Shown in pieces: positions 9,511 through 18,602 of a stretch of DNA of 32,000 nt. Position numbers and translations under genes: made by a program. The notes under the pieces were generated by a model. That model worked only from the letters and a program-made list of their open reading frames with translations. It was not told the origin of the DNA and made no database searches. Numbering within the stretch: the first letter of the stretch is position 1; every line of letters begins with the position of its first letter. The DNA comes from Candidatus Heimdallarchaeota archaeon (GTDB lineage Archaea > Asgardarchaeota > Heimdallarchaeia > Heimdallarchaeales > Kariarchaeaceae): positions 810,001-842,000 of the forward strand of contig JASBSB010000001.1 in NCBI GenBank assembly GCA_030149205.1, in the 5' to 3' direction.

Positions 9511-11412
9511 TTAAAGCTTTATTGGATACAATAAGAAATAAAAAACCATTGCATATTCGATTACCAATGCTGACAAATAGATAAGAGATAACTTCATATA
9601 GACCCTCAATCTCTCTCCAGGTTCTGATATTGAATTGATGCTGCTATTCCTAAACACCGAAGGATTGAACTTGAGGAATAAACTCGCAAGCTGAAGAGAG
9701 ACAACTCCAAACATTAAGATTTCATACAATCCCCAACCAGAATACATGAAATAATCAAGTTTATACACATTCAAACGCACAAATCCATGAGTTATTTTAA
9801 GATAAATTAATACACCTATACTCAAGATTGAAAATAAGTTTAAGGTGACATCCTTAAGATAAATTTTTGAATAATTTAACTCATCTGTTGCAATTGAGTT
9901 TCCATCTGAGTTAGACAAAAGCTGCAGAATATAACTATCAAATTCAGAGAGCGTGGTTACAGAGTATAGTCCAGGAAAGAACATAACGAAGGGTATGAAG
10001 GTCATTAAAACACCGATTATAACAGTTAAAATAACCAAATATGGTGTGGGTCGATAACCTGGCTGATATGAAAAGAATTCTGCAGCAATAAATCCTGAAA
10101 TCCCACTAATCACCGTAAATTCTAGAAAAAGAGATAGATAAAATCTTAGATTTTCCCTTTGAAAATACATGTCAAATTTATTTTTATAAATGGTGTTAAT
10201 GCTATTCCCTTTTGTTGAATTTACAAGGCTTGAGATCATCTCTTGACCAGTGAAAGGATTAAACTCCGATCCCAAGGATTCCCTAACTTTCCTAAAATAA
10301 TCAGTATAATAAAGTATTGGAACATCGATCAAAACATACATTTTTGCTCCTTTTAGCCTTTTAAATCTGTAATAGAAATCAACATAACTCCATGAAAACC
10401 AAGAATTATTTATTCCCGGATGACTTCTCATCTTGGAATATTGTTTCGGGTAAAGGTCTGAAAGTTTGACTTTTAAGAATTCAGTCATTTTGATGTAATC
10501 ATCTTTGCCCACAGCACCAACTCTGATTGATTTCATTCCCTTATGAGCTATTTTTTGATTGTAATAGTCTTTTTTAGCATCGAGCACATTTAAAGCTGAC
10601 AAAATGGCTGAAATACTGATTGCCAAAACTATTGTTGACAGGATATCTATAGGTGAAAATACATAAACTACTCCTGCTATAATGATAGCTAAAACCGAAG
10701 ACAAAAATAAAAATATCACAATCAGTCCAAAGGGTCTCTCAAACTTTATGCTGGTGTTTTCGTCTGATAAAATCACGACTAACCCATCAGCCTCTGAGTA
10801 ATAAATAGAACGAGATGTTGTTGGTGACCTGTTAAAGTCAATATTAGATGTTTTCAAGGGGTTCTGACTTGTTGCTTCTTCTGATACAGATTCTAGTTCA
10901 TTTTTCGTAGTATCACTTTGAAGGCTTTCCAATGCTACAGATAGTGTTTTAGTTATATCTTTTAAGTTATTTGAAGAACCTATTAACTCTATTTCAATTT
11001 CTGATGAATTCACTCTAATATCATACTTAATACTGTTTAACTCACCAGATATTTTCTCTAAATCTTTTTTGAGCTCATTATCCTCATATATCCCATTGAT
11101 TTTTATATAGCTCTGGTATTGAGTAACTTTATTAAGAAAAAAATCCACTAATATCTTACCAAATCTGCTCGTAAGAAAAGAGAACCCAATAAATATCACA
11201 AATAATAATTTTAATATTTCTGATCCAAAAAAAAAGATATAAATCAAGAGGAGGATATAGCCCAAGAAAATCAGTATTGAAAGGGTTGAAAAAACCTTAC
11301 CATATCTCAAAGGGCTTGGTCCCAAAATTTTTATTTTAAGATCAGGATTTTTAGTTTTAATTGAAACAAGCTTTCTGACGAGCTTATTTGAGACTTCATC
11401 TGTTTCCTCCAT
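9511..11412 (-). CDS. Hypothetical membrane protein (paralog 2, with an extra C-terminal multi-TM domain)
   Basis: Homologous to 8277..9374 over its N-terminal two thirds, plus about 200 extra hydrophobic residues. Start moved from GTG 11451 to ATG 11412. Confidence 0.8.
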   Translation of the reverse strand: MEETDEVSNKLVRKLVSIKTKNPDLKIKILGPSPLRYGKVFSTLSILIFLGYILLLIYIFFFGSEILKLLFVIFIGFSFLTSRFGKILVDFFLNKVTQYQSYIKINGIYEDNELKKDLEKISGELNSIKYDIRVNSSEIEIELIGSSNNLKDITKTLSVALESLQSDTTKNELESVSEEATSQNPLKTSNIDFNRSPTTSRSIYYSEADGLVVILSDENTSIKFERPFGLIVIFLFLSSVLAIIIAGVVYVFSPIDILSTIVLAISISAILSALNVLDAKKDYYNQKIAHKGMKSIRVGAVGKDDYIKMTEFLKVKLSDLYPKQYSKMRSHPGINNSWFSWSYVDFYYRFKRLKGAKMYVLIDVPILYYTDYFRKVRESLGSEFNPFTGQEMISSLVNSTKGNSINTIYKNKFDMYFQRENLRFYLSLFLEFTVISGISGFIAAEFFSYQPGYRPTPYLVILTVIIGVLMTFIPFVMFFPGLYSVTTLSEFDSYILQLLSNSDGNSIATDELNYSKIYLKDVTLNLFSILSIGVLIYLKITHGFVRLNVYKLDYFMYSGWGLYEILMFGVVSLQLASLFLKFNPSVFRNSSINSISEPGERLRVYMKLSLIYLSALVIEYAMVFYFLLYPIKL

Positions 11413-11431
11413 ACAGCCATTTATCCACCCC

Positions 11432-11456
11432 TTCTTATAAATATTTCCCACAAATT
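11432..11456 (-). promoter_or_regulatory. BRE/TATA promoter, copy 2 of the exact 25-bp duplicated element
   Basis: Identical to 9394-9418; TTTATAAG at -29..-22 from ATG 11412. Confidence 0.75.
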
Positions 11457-11617
11457 GAAAATTTATCCTTAATTGTGAATATTAGGTTTAATGGCTCTCA
11501 ACAAACTTAAGGCTAACCAATTACCGATCTTTGAAAGATGACCAAAATTATGGTTCGTCATCCACAATTTATAATTGTCAAATCTTCTTTCTTTATAACG
11601 AACCTCATGTCTACATA

Positions 11618-11625
11618 TTATTAAA
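11618..11625 (+). promoter_or_regulatory. TATA box of the ATPase relic
   Basis: TTATTAAA at -29..-22 from GTG 11647. Confidence 0.5.
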
Positions 11626-11646
11626 TTGTAGATACTATCAACAATT

Positions 11647-11784
11647 GTGTTCTTAACAAAGGGAAGAATTCAAAATTTTAAATCAATAAAAGATCAATTA
11701 TTTAATCTTGTAAAACTAAATGTTTTATTAGGAGAAAATGAAAGTGGTAAAACCTATTTCCTTGAGTTTTTGTATTTAATTTAA
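11647..11784 (+). pseudogene. Truncated N-terminus of an ABC/SMC-type (AAA_15/AAA_21-like) ATPase
   Basis: Translates to MFLTKGRIQNFKSIKDQLFNLVKLNVLLGENESGKTYFLEFLYLI*. It shows the typical I-x-NFKSI start and a Walker A motif (GENESGKT), then stops after 45 codons. Confidence 0.75.
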
Positions 11785-11808
11785 TTAGCTAGCATCTAAT
11801 GAAAAACA

Positions 11809-12990
11809 TTACTTCTTATGTCTCCTTCTTCTATAAACCAAATAACCCCCACCGAAGGCCAGAATTGCGGATATTGACAAATACAGGGGCCAGTTCGTGT
11901 TTTGGGTTCCAAACTCCATCTTCTTAATTCCTGAAAAATCATAATACCCAAAGACAATTATCTCTGCGTTTAATTTACTGAAATCTCCAGTATAAAGCAT
12001 TATAGATTTATATGATCCAGTACCTATTATAACCTCAGAATCACTAGGAGAAAATTGTACATTATTTGAGATAAGCTGAGGGGTGGTCAGAGTTGAATTA
12101 AGGTCAGTTTTATAAATAGAATTCTTTTGATTATCAAAATTCAAAAGACTTATTTGCTTGTTATCTGCCAAAATGATACCGTTTTTTGTGTAGGTTGAGT
12201 TACTTATTATCTCTAATGTTGGGAGCAGGTGCAAAACCTGTGTAAAATCCTTTACGGTCACTATAAGTTTTATTGTGTCATTACCAACGATAGAAAAATC
12301 ACCAATTAGCGAATTATTGAATATTCCTTTTTTAGTGCCTCTTGTATTGTATAATGTTAAATTTCGTGAATTTCCAAAATCAGCACGACAGGCCCCAACT
12401 ACAAATGACTCATTTATTGGTAAAAACTGAGCTCTGCAAGATGAATTCATCGAATAAATAGAATTAGTCATAGAGGTTAGTATATTGAATCTATCCAAAT
12501 TGAATGGAGAACCCTCAGAATTTGCGACTACAATCATGGGTTTGCCCGGGATAGCCTCCCAACTATCAATGTATGTCTTTGAATAGTAAGATGACTGCAC
12601 AATCCAATCATTCCCATCAAATAGGAAAACATCCAATCCAAAACCAGACCCCACTCGATTCTCTTGGATAAAATACAGCTGCCCATTATATTCAAAGAAA
12701 CCTTCTTTTGTATAATCTATACTCGGTGAACCGCTTAACTCCCAAACCTTATTCTCTTGAGTATGACTCATATAAACTATTTTGCGCGATCCTGGTAAAT
12801 TTTCAAATGAAAGGATATAACTAAAAATACCAGTTTCATCTATAAAATAACTTTTAACTGCAAAGGAGGATCTTCTCTCTCTATCGAATGGAGAGGTAAA
12901 CAAGAGATATTGGGAATGTGTGTTAGCTTGAGCTATAGATCCAGTGCCTAATAGGAACAATGTAAGTATAAAAAAGCATTTCAATTTCAT
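11809..12990 (-). CDS. Secreted, C-terminally anchored surface glycoprotein of unknown function
   Basis: Signal peptide MKLKCFFILTLFLLGTGSIAQA, beta-rich body with 7 N-x-S/T sequons, C-terminal TM helix and RRRRHKK tail. Start moved from 13032 to ATG 12990 (TTAATATA at 13012-13019 = -29..-22). Confidence 0.82.
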   Translation of the reverse strand: MKLKCFFILTLFLLGTGSIAQANTHSQYLLFTSPFDRERRSSFAVKSYFIDETGIFSYILSFENLPGSRKIVYMSHTQENKVWELSGSPSIDYTKEGFFEYNGQLYFIQENRVGSGFGLDVFLFDGNDWIVQSSYYSKTYIDSWEAIPGKPMIVVANSEGSPFNLDRFNILTSMTNSIYSMNSSCRAQFLPINESFVVGACRADFGNSRNLTLYNTRGTKKGIFNNSLIGDFSIVGNDTIKLIVTVKDFTQVLHLLPTLEIISNSTYTKNGIILADNKQISLLNFDNQKNSIYKTDLNSTLTTPQLISNNVQFSPSDSEVIIGTGSYKSIMLYTGDFSKLNAEIIVFGYYDFSGIKKMEFGTQNTNWPLYLSISAILAFGGGYLVYRRRRHKK

Positions 12991-13414
12991 AGTATCTTCT
13001 CGTTTTTCAATTATATTAATTTTACCCTTCAAAGTACCTCAAACTAACATTTAGAAACAGCTGGCCCACCACCCCACATTGCATAATCTGCGTGGTTACA
13101 TACATCATAATAGATAGGCGCATAACCATAGTATCCCTTTAGAACAGATAGAGGTACATCAAACGATGATTTTTAGAACCAGCTTTTCCACCAATTTTTT
13201 CATATCCAAATTGCTATTGTTTCCAACTACTATATGCCTCTATTACAGGAACATATCCCAGAATAGATTACCAGAAAGATTGACTTAGTAATGAACCATC
13301 GGTTTAGATAATTTCCAAATTTATCCAGATAGAACTATAGGTTTTGAGATGAGTTACAATTGTTTGTTCTCCTAAACCAATACTTAAGTTTCTGATTACA
13401 GATTCTTCCACAAT

Positions 13415-14791
13415 ATGAGCATTAAATCTATCAATCCATTCACCCTTGAGGTAGTGGATGAATACAACCTACAATCTGAAGAGGAGATTCAACAGGTGAT
13501 TGAAACATCTCACAATTCCTATTTACTTTGGAGAGAAACTTCGTTAGAAGAGCGTAAAGGACTATTGTTGAACCTAGCTTCTGAGCTAAGAAAAGCGATT
13601 CCAACTCTTGCACCACTTATGACAAAAGAAATGGGAAAGCCCATCAAGCAGTCTAGAGCTGAGCTTGAAAAATGTGCATGGACAGCTGAGATCTATTCCG
13701 AGAATGCAGATAAATGGTTGCAGGAAGAAATTCTGAATGCAGATGGACTTGAGCATAAGGTTATTTTTCAACCGCTTGGGGTGATTCTTTCGGTTATGCC
13801 CTGGAATTTCCCCATATGGCAGCTTATCAGATTCGCTGTACCAACACTGCTTGTTGGAAACACTGCAATACTAAAGCACTCAAATCTGGTTCCAGGATCA
13901 GCTTTGGAGATAGAGCGGATTTTCAAACGTGCAGGATTCCCTAAGGGAGTCTTTTCAACAATCATAGCATCACACAAGTCAGTTGAGATGATTTTATCAA
14001 GCAGATATGTTCAGGGTGTCTCATTGACAGGTAGCACAGAAGCAGGGGCAAGAATCGCCGAGATAGCCGGGCGGAATCTAAAAAGGGTGGTTCTTGAGCT
14101 GGGGGGTTCTGATCCATTTATAGTTTGCGAGGATGTTAATATGGATTTCGTCATCAGAAATGCTGTTATTGGTCGAACTCAGAACAATGGTCAAAGCTGT
14201 ATAGCTGCGAAACGGTTCATAGTTCATGAGAAAGTTGCTAATGAGTTTACGGAAAGACTTGCAGAGGCATTTGCGAAATTAAAAGTTGGTGATCCACTAG
14301 AAGAGGACGTAGATATTGGGCCATTGTCAAACAAACAAGGGTATGAAGAAGTCAGGGTTCAGTTGGAAGATGCAAAGAAAAAAGGTGCTAAAATAATTGG
14401 TGCGAATAACCATGAGGGCAATGGATACACAGTCACACCTACACTAGTTCTTAATCCTACAGCGGATATGAAGGTAGTTCGAGAGGAGGTATTCGGCCCT
14501 GTGGCACCAATTCTCACATTTAGAACAGATGATGAAGCCATCAAAATTGCAAATGATACTGAGTTTGGTCTGGGAGGTTCTGTTTGGACTAAAAATCTTG
14601 AGAGAGGGAAACGGTTCGCTGAGAAAATCGAATGTGGAACAGTCTTTGTAAATTCCATAGTCAAATCAGATCCAAGGGTTCCCTTTGGAGGTGTAAAAAT
14701 GAGCGGAATCGGAAGAGAACTCTCACATTACGGGTTGAAGGAATTTGTAAACATTAAGGCAGTGAATGTTTATACCCATCCAGAATCTTAG
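13415..14791 (+). CDS. NAD(P)-dependent succinate-semialdehyde-dehydrogenase-like aldehyde dehydrogenase (paralog 1)
   Basis: MPWNFP, LTGSTEAG, catalytic ELGGSDP and GQSCIAAKRF, EEVFGP, PFGGVKMSGIGRELS; 458 aa. Confidence 0.93.
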   Translation: MSIKSINPFTLEVVDEYNLQSEEEIQQVIETSHNSYLLWRETSLEERKGLLLNLASELRKAIPTLAPLMTKEMGKPIKQSRAELEKCAWTAEIYSENADKWLQEEILNADGLEHKVIFQPLGVILSVMPWNFPIWQLIRFAVPTLLVGNTAILKHSNLVPGSALEIERIFKRAGFPKGVFSTIIASHKSVEMILSSRYVQGVSLTGSTEAGARIAEIAGRNLKRVVLELGGSDPFIVCEDVNMDFVIRNAVIGRTQNNGQSCIAAKRFIVHEKVANEFTERLAEAFAKLKVGDPLEEDVDIGPLSNKQGYEEVRVQLEDAKKKGAKIIGANNHEGNGYTVTPTLVLNPTADMKVVREEVFGPVAPILTFRTDDEAIKIANDTEFGLGGSVWTKNLERGKRFAEKIECGTVFVNSIVKSDPRVPFGGVKMSGIGRELSHYGLKEFVNIKAVNVYTHPES

Positions 14792-14953
14792 TTGGAAGCG
14801 AAGAGAACTAATAAAATTTGAAATTTCTACAAAGCTATAATTAAATTTTTGTCAGAATTTAGAATAAGCAATAATTATAATTCGATTTCTAAAAAAATCA
14901 GAAACATTCCCGTATCGAACAATTTAATATTTTTGAAATATAAATTTTTTTGT

Positions 14954-16330
14954 ATGACAATTAAAACAGTCAACCCGTTTACATTCGAAGAGATAGGTGA
15001 ATATAATGAACTTTCTGAGGAGGAGGTAGACAGAGCCATAACAAAGGCTCACAATGCCTACCTTTCCTGGAAAACTACATCCCTCGATGATAGAATTAAA
15101 CTTATCAGAAATTTAGCTGTGGAGCTAAGAAAGTCCAAAGATGTGCTTACCCCACTAATGACAAAAGAGATGGGTAAACCCATAAATCAGGGAGATGGAG
15201 AGATTGAAAAGAGTGCGTGGACTGCTGAGGTATACGCAGATAATGTTAAGAAATGGTTGGAAGAGGAGGTTGTAACGTTTGATGGAATTGATCACAAAAT
15301 TGTTTTCGAACCATTAGGTGTGATTCTTGCAGTTATGCCGTGGAATTTCCCCGTGTGGCAGTTTCTCAGGTTTGCCATCCCAACATTACTTATAGGTAAC
15401 ACAGCCGTCTTAAAGCACTCCAACCTTGTTCCGGGATGTGCAATAGAGATACAAAACATATTTGATAGAGCAGGGTTCCCTGAGGGGGTCTTTACAACGC
15501 TAATTGTCTCTCACAGATCAATAGAAAGAATTTTAGCTAGTGATTATGTACAGGGAGTCTCATTAACAGGAAGTACTGAGGCAGGTGCAAAAATTGCTGA
15601 GATCGCAGGTAGAAACCTTAAACGAGTTGTCTTAGAGCTGGGAGGATCAGACCCATTCATTGTATGTGAGGATGTTGACATTGACTATGTGGTCAAGAAG
15701 GCTGTACTGGGACGAACAAGAAATAATGGACAGAGCTGTGATGCAGCTAAACGGTTCATCGTTCATAAATCCATCAGTGAAGAGTTTGGGAGAAAACTAG
15801 CTGAAGAGTTCAAAAAACTAAAGGTTGGAGACCCAGCGGATAAAACTGTTGATATAGGACCACTGGCAAACAAAAATGGATATGAGGAGGTATCAGCACA
15901 GATACAAGATGCAGTTAGCAAAGGTGGGAAGGCAGTCAGCCCAGAGGTAAATGACCCAAAGGGTTACACAGTTGCCCCTACTGTTATTTTGAATGCAACT
16001 AAAGAAATGAGAGTGGTAAAAGAAGAGGTATTTGGACCGGTTGCACCAGTCATCAGCTTTTCCACGGATGAGGAGGCAATTAAGCTTGCAAATGACTCAG
16101 AATATGGGTTGGGTGGTTCTGTTTGGACAAAGGATCTGAGGCGTGGTGAAAGAATAGCAAGACAGCTAGAATGTGGTACTGCTTTGGTCAATGCAACTGT
16201 AAGATCTGACCCTAGACTTCCGTTTGGGGGTGTGAAAAAGAGTGGACTTGGAAGAGAGCTCTCAGGATATGGGATCAAGGAGTTTGCAAACATCAAGGCT
16301 CTCAGTGTGTACACTCATGGGAGTACTTAA
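14954..16330 (+). CDS. NAD(P)-dependent succinate-semialdehyde-dehydrogenase-like aldehyde dehydrogenase (paralog 2)
   Basis: Same motifs (GQSCDAAKRF). MTIKTVNPF at 14954 aligns with MSIKSINPF, giving the same 458-aa length; the track start at 14849 is over-extended. TTTAATAT at 14923-14930. Confidence 0.93.
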   Translation: MTIKTVNPFTFEEIGEYNELSEEEVDRAITKAHNAYLSWKTTSLDDRIKLIRNLAVELRKSKDVLTPLMTKEMGKPINQGDGEIEKSAWTAEVYADNVKKWLEEEVVTFDGIDHKIVFEPLGVILAVMPWNFPVWQFLRFAIPTLLIGNTAVLKHSNLVPGCAIEIQNIFDRAGFPEGVFTTLIVSHRSIERILASDYVQGVSLTGSTEAGAKIAEIAGRNLKRVVLELGGSDPFIVCEDVDIDYVVKKAVLGRTRNNGQSCDAAKRFIVHKSISEEFGRKLAEEFKKLKVGDPADKTVDIGPLANKNGYEEVSAQIQDAVSKGGKAVSPEVNDPKGYTVAPTVILNATKEMRVVKEEVFGPVAPVISFSTDEEAIKLANDSEYGLGGSVWTKDLRRGERIARQLECGTALVNATVRSDPRLPFGGVKKSGLGRELSGYGIKEFANIKALSVYTHGST

Positions 16331-17053
16331 ACATATATATAAAAAATTTTACATGATTGTTATTATTTACTTTGATTAAATCAGAGAAATAGCAAGCCTA
16401 CATCCCAAATATTTTTCTTTTTATTAGGCTCACACTAGAGGGTTAATGAGTTCCCAAATTAATGTATCAATCCTATATAAGACAAAATTTAATACCAATC
16501 CATAGACATATTGAAATTACAATTTTTATTTTTTTCAGGGGGATATCCATCATTATAATTTAACAAAGATTATTTGCAGAGTTTTTAGTGTGTTTGTTAG
16601 TGTCCAGTGATATTTTCGATCAGCATACAAACTCAAGCATGAGATCTGAGTATGCTTAAAATATGGTTCCTTGGAAGGGTTTAATCAATTGGTATTTCCA
16701 ATTTTTTCTAACTATTTACTAATTGCCAGTGTTGCAATTTTTCCTTCTCTGATTGAGTGTTCTTTGAATCCAGAAATTCATAGAAGAAAGTAGGAGAGAG
16801 CAATTAAACTATGAATAATATTTGTGATCTAATTCCTTACACTCCTGTAATTCCACAAAAAGGACTAAAATTTTGATCTCCCCCCTTTCTTAATGAAATC
16901 GCCAATGATGTTGATTTAATTGATTGGACTCTATTATTTGACAGATTTGAAAACCTGAAACATTACATGACAGTAATAACTTTGTTGAGAACTAATTTTA
17001 GATCTTAGAAATTAATCATCACCATTCTCTTTGTTGCTTCTTAGAGCTGAATC

Positions 17054-17746
17054 TTATTTATGATTTCTAAATTGTCCCCCCTTCAACTGGGCAGCATAAA
17101 TTTTCCGTTTGGTTAATTGCTCCACAATATTTCGGTTGGTGAATCTAAGAGTTGATATAATGGGTACAACTTTTTTATCAGCTATACCTGAAAAGTAATC
17201 AGTTAGCTGACCTGATTGTATAAACTCATAGAATTCCTCAATATCCCCCTTTCTCACTGTTGTTTTTGTTTCATTAACCAAGATTCTATCCCCACAAATA
17301 ACCACCACATCAAATTCTTTTACATTTCCTGTTGTTTTTGATCTCCTTAGCGTATTTACGGAAAATTCCTGAAAATCATTACACTTGAAATAAGTATCTA
17401 GAAGAGTTTTAATCCCAGGTGCAATAATATCTTCAACCACTGTCCCCATCTTGTTTGCAAGCTCTCCCCATCTCTTGTTCATTCCATCCAGGATGTTCTG
17501 AGTGAATTCTTTATATTCCTTTAAATCCTCTTTTATTTCATCCTTAGAGCCTTTCATCCCATCCTTGAAGTCTTTCATCTCATCCTTGAAGTCTTTCATC
17601 TCATCCTTAAAGTCCTTCATCTCATCCTTAAAGTCCTTCATCTCACCTGATAAATTCACTATAGATCTTTCTGTTTGAAATTGGGCATAGATTAAATCCT
17701 TTAGTAGTTTTTCATTCTCAGAAACCCTATCGGAAAGAGATGCCAT
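17054..17746 (-). CDS. Coiled-coil heptad-repeat protein with a C-terminal PD-(D/E)XK nuclease-like domain (DUF3782-like); C-terminus probably frameshifted
   Basis: (EMKDFKD)n coiled coil, KRWGELANKMGTVVED..AP, and KEFDVVV...LVNETK (D...ExK). Start moved to ATG 17746 (TTTATAAA at 17768-17775 = -29..-22). Confidence 0.8.
   Translation of the reverse strand: MASLSDRVSENEKLLKDLIYAQFQTERSIVNLSGEMKDFKDEMKDFKDEMKDFKDEMKDFKDGMKGSKDEIKEDLKEYKEFTQNILDGMNKRWGELANKMGTVVEDIIAPGIKTLLDTYFKCNDFQEFSVNTLRRSKTTGNVKEFDVVVICGDRILVNETKTTVRKGDIEEFYEFIQSGQLTDYFSGIADKKVVPIISTLRFTNRNIVEQLTKRKIYAAQLKGGQFRNHK
17540..17644. repeat. 21-bp intragenic tandem repeat, 5 units
   Basis: Plus strand: 1 degenerate unit (17540-17560), 2x ATCCTTGAAGTCTTTCATCTC, then 2x ATCCTTAAAGTCCTTCATCTC. 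Encodes EMKDFKD heptads. Confidence 0.95.
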
Positions 17747-17915
17747 AAGTATTATTTGTGAATTAAATTTATAAACCTCTCTACTCGACAGATTTAAGAT
17801 TTTGTCAAGGAATGTTGCTTGGGTCTTGTGAATAAAACGCATAAATGTACTTAAAGTGACTCAGCAACCACTGAGCACCAAAATATGAGGTTCTGTTGGG
17901 ATTAATACCCATAGA

Positions 17916-18317
17916 TTAACTCTTTCGAACAATATCTGGAATACCATCAAACCCAGAATCAAAGCTTAGAACCTCCCTTATTTTGTTGTTTCGCATATGC
18001 CACACAATATTTGAGTCAGTAAAGCTCAGATGATTGTATTTTTTCATAATTCTTAAGCTTCCCTTTCGAGATATTTCATTGTTTTCCATCAAAATAATTT
18101 TCGGTTCATTAAGCAGGTCATCTAAGACCTGATGTGCAATGATTGGATTTACTTTCCTAAGCAGAAAATTACCTGTTTCAATGAGTATCCCCTCAGTGAT
18201 GTAAATTTTATCTAGTTCTAAAACGTATGAGCTTAAGGAGAGAGAGGCTTTATGCCACTTATCTTTTTGATGTTTGATTGCAATCCAGTAGACCGAGTCC
18301 AAAACAGCCATATTCAT
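17916..18317 (-). CDS. vapC: PIN-domain ribonuclease toxin (VapC family)
   Basis: VLDS, ILIET, LSFTDS and VLSFDSGFD acidic PIN motifs; ATGA overlap with the upstream gene. Confidence 0.9.
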   Translation of the reverse strand: MNMAVLDSVYWIAIKHQKDKWHKASLSLSSYVLELDKIYITEGILIETGNFLLRKVNPIIAHQVLDDLLNEPKIILMENNEISRKGSLRIMKKYNHLSFTDSNIVWHMRNNKIREVLSFDSGFDGIPDIVRKS

Positions 18318-18598
18318 AGTAGCAGATCATGTTCCTTAACTGAATCACTCTCAACCCCCTCTGATGAGGGTTCGAAGAGCAACCTATGTAAGGGGCTGTC
18401 ATTCTCAAATTTACTTTTTTTTCCAAGTTTTTCCAGCACCATGGTCGTGAATTCACTATAGTTTTCCATTAAATACTCAGATATTAATTCACCTAGTTGG
18501 ACTTGATTGAGCTTGATTCCTTTCGCTTCCAACAGACCCTGAAGATCTCTCATTCTTTTCAGCTCTAGATTTGAAATTCTTCTTGTGGTTGATTCCAT
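18314..18598 (-). CDS. Putative antitoxin (VapB-like; RHH-like N-terminus)
   Basis: 94-aa gene directly upstream of the PIN gene with a 4-nt ATGA overlap. C-terminal DSVKEHDLLL resembles the S-x-x-H-D tail of archaeal VapB-type antitoxins. Confidence 0.75.
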   Translation of the reverse strand: MESTTRRISNLELKRMRDLQGLLEAKGIKLNQVQLGELISEYLMENYSEFTTMVLEKLGKKSKFENDSPLHRLLFEPSSEGVESDSVKEHDLLL

Positions 18599-18602
18599 AA
18601 TA

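Noticed and set aside
16622-16656. Hairpin AGCATAC...GTATGCT with an inner CTCA/TGAG stem (possible ncRNA)
   Set aside because: Short stems, no recognisable RNA family features, and no promoter or terminator context to support it.
16811-17008. 65-codon frame with an AGGAG upstream and one internal TGA (possible selenoprotein)
   Set aside because: No redox Cys/Sec motif context, no SECIS-like element seen, and no recognisable family.
17540-17644. Tandem repeat as a CRISPR array or mobile-element end
   Set aside because: Units are contiguous with no spacers, in frame and coding, and no cas or transposase genes are present.
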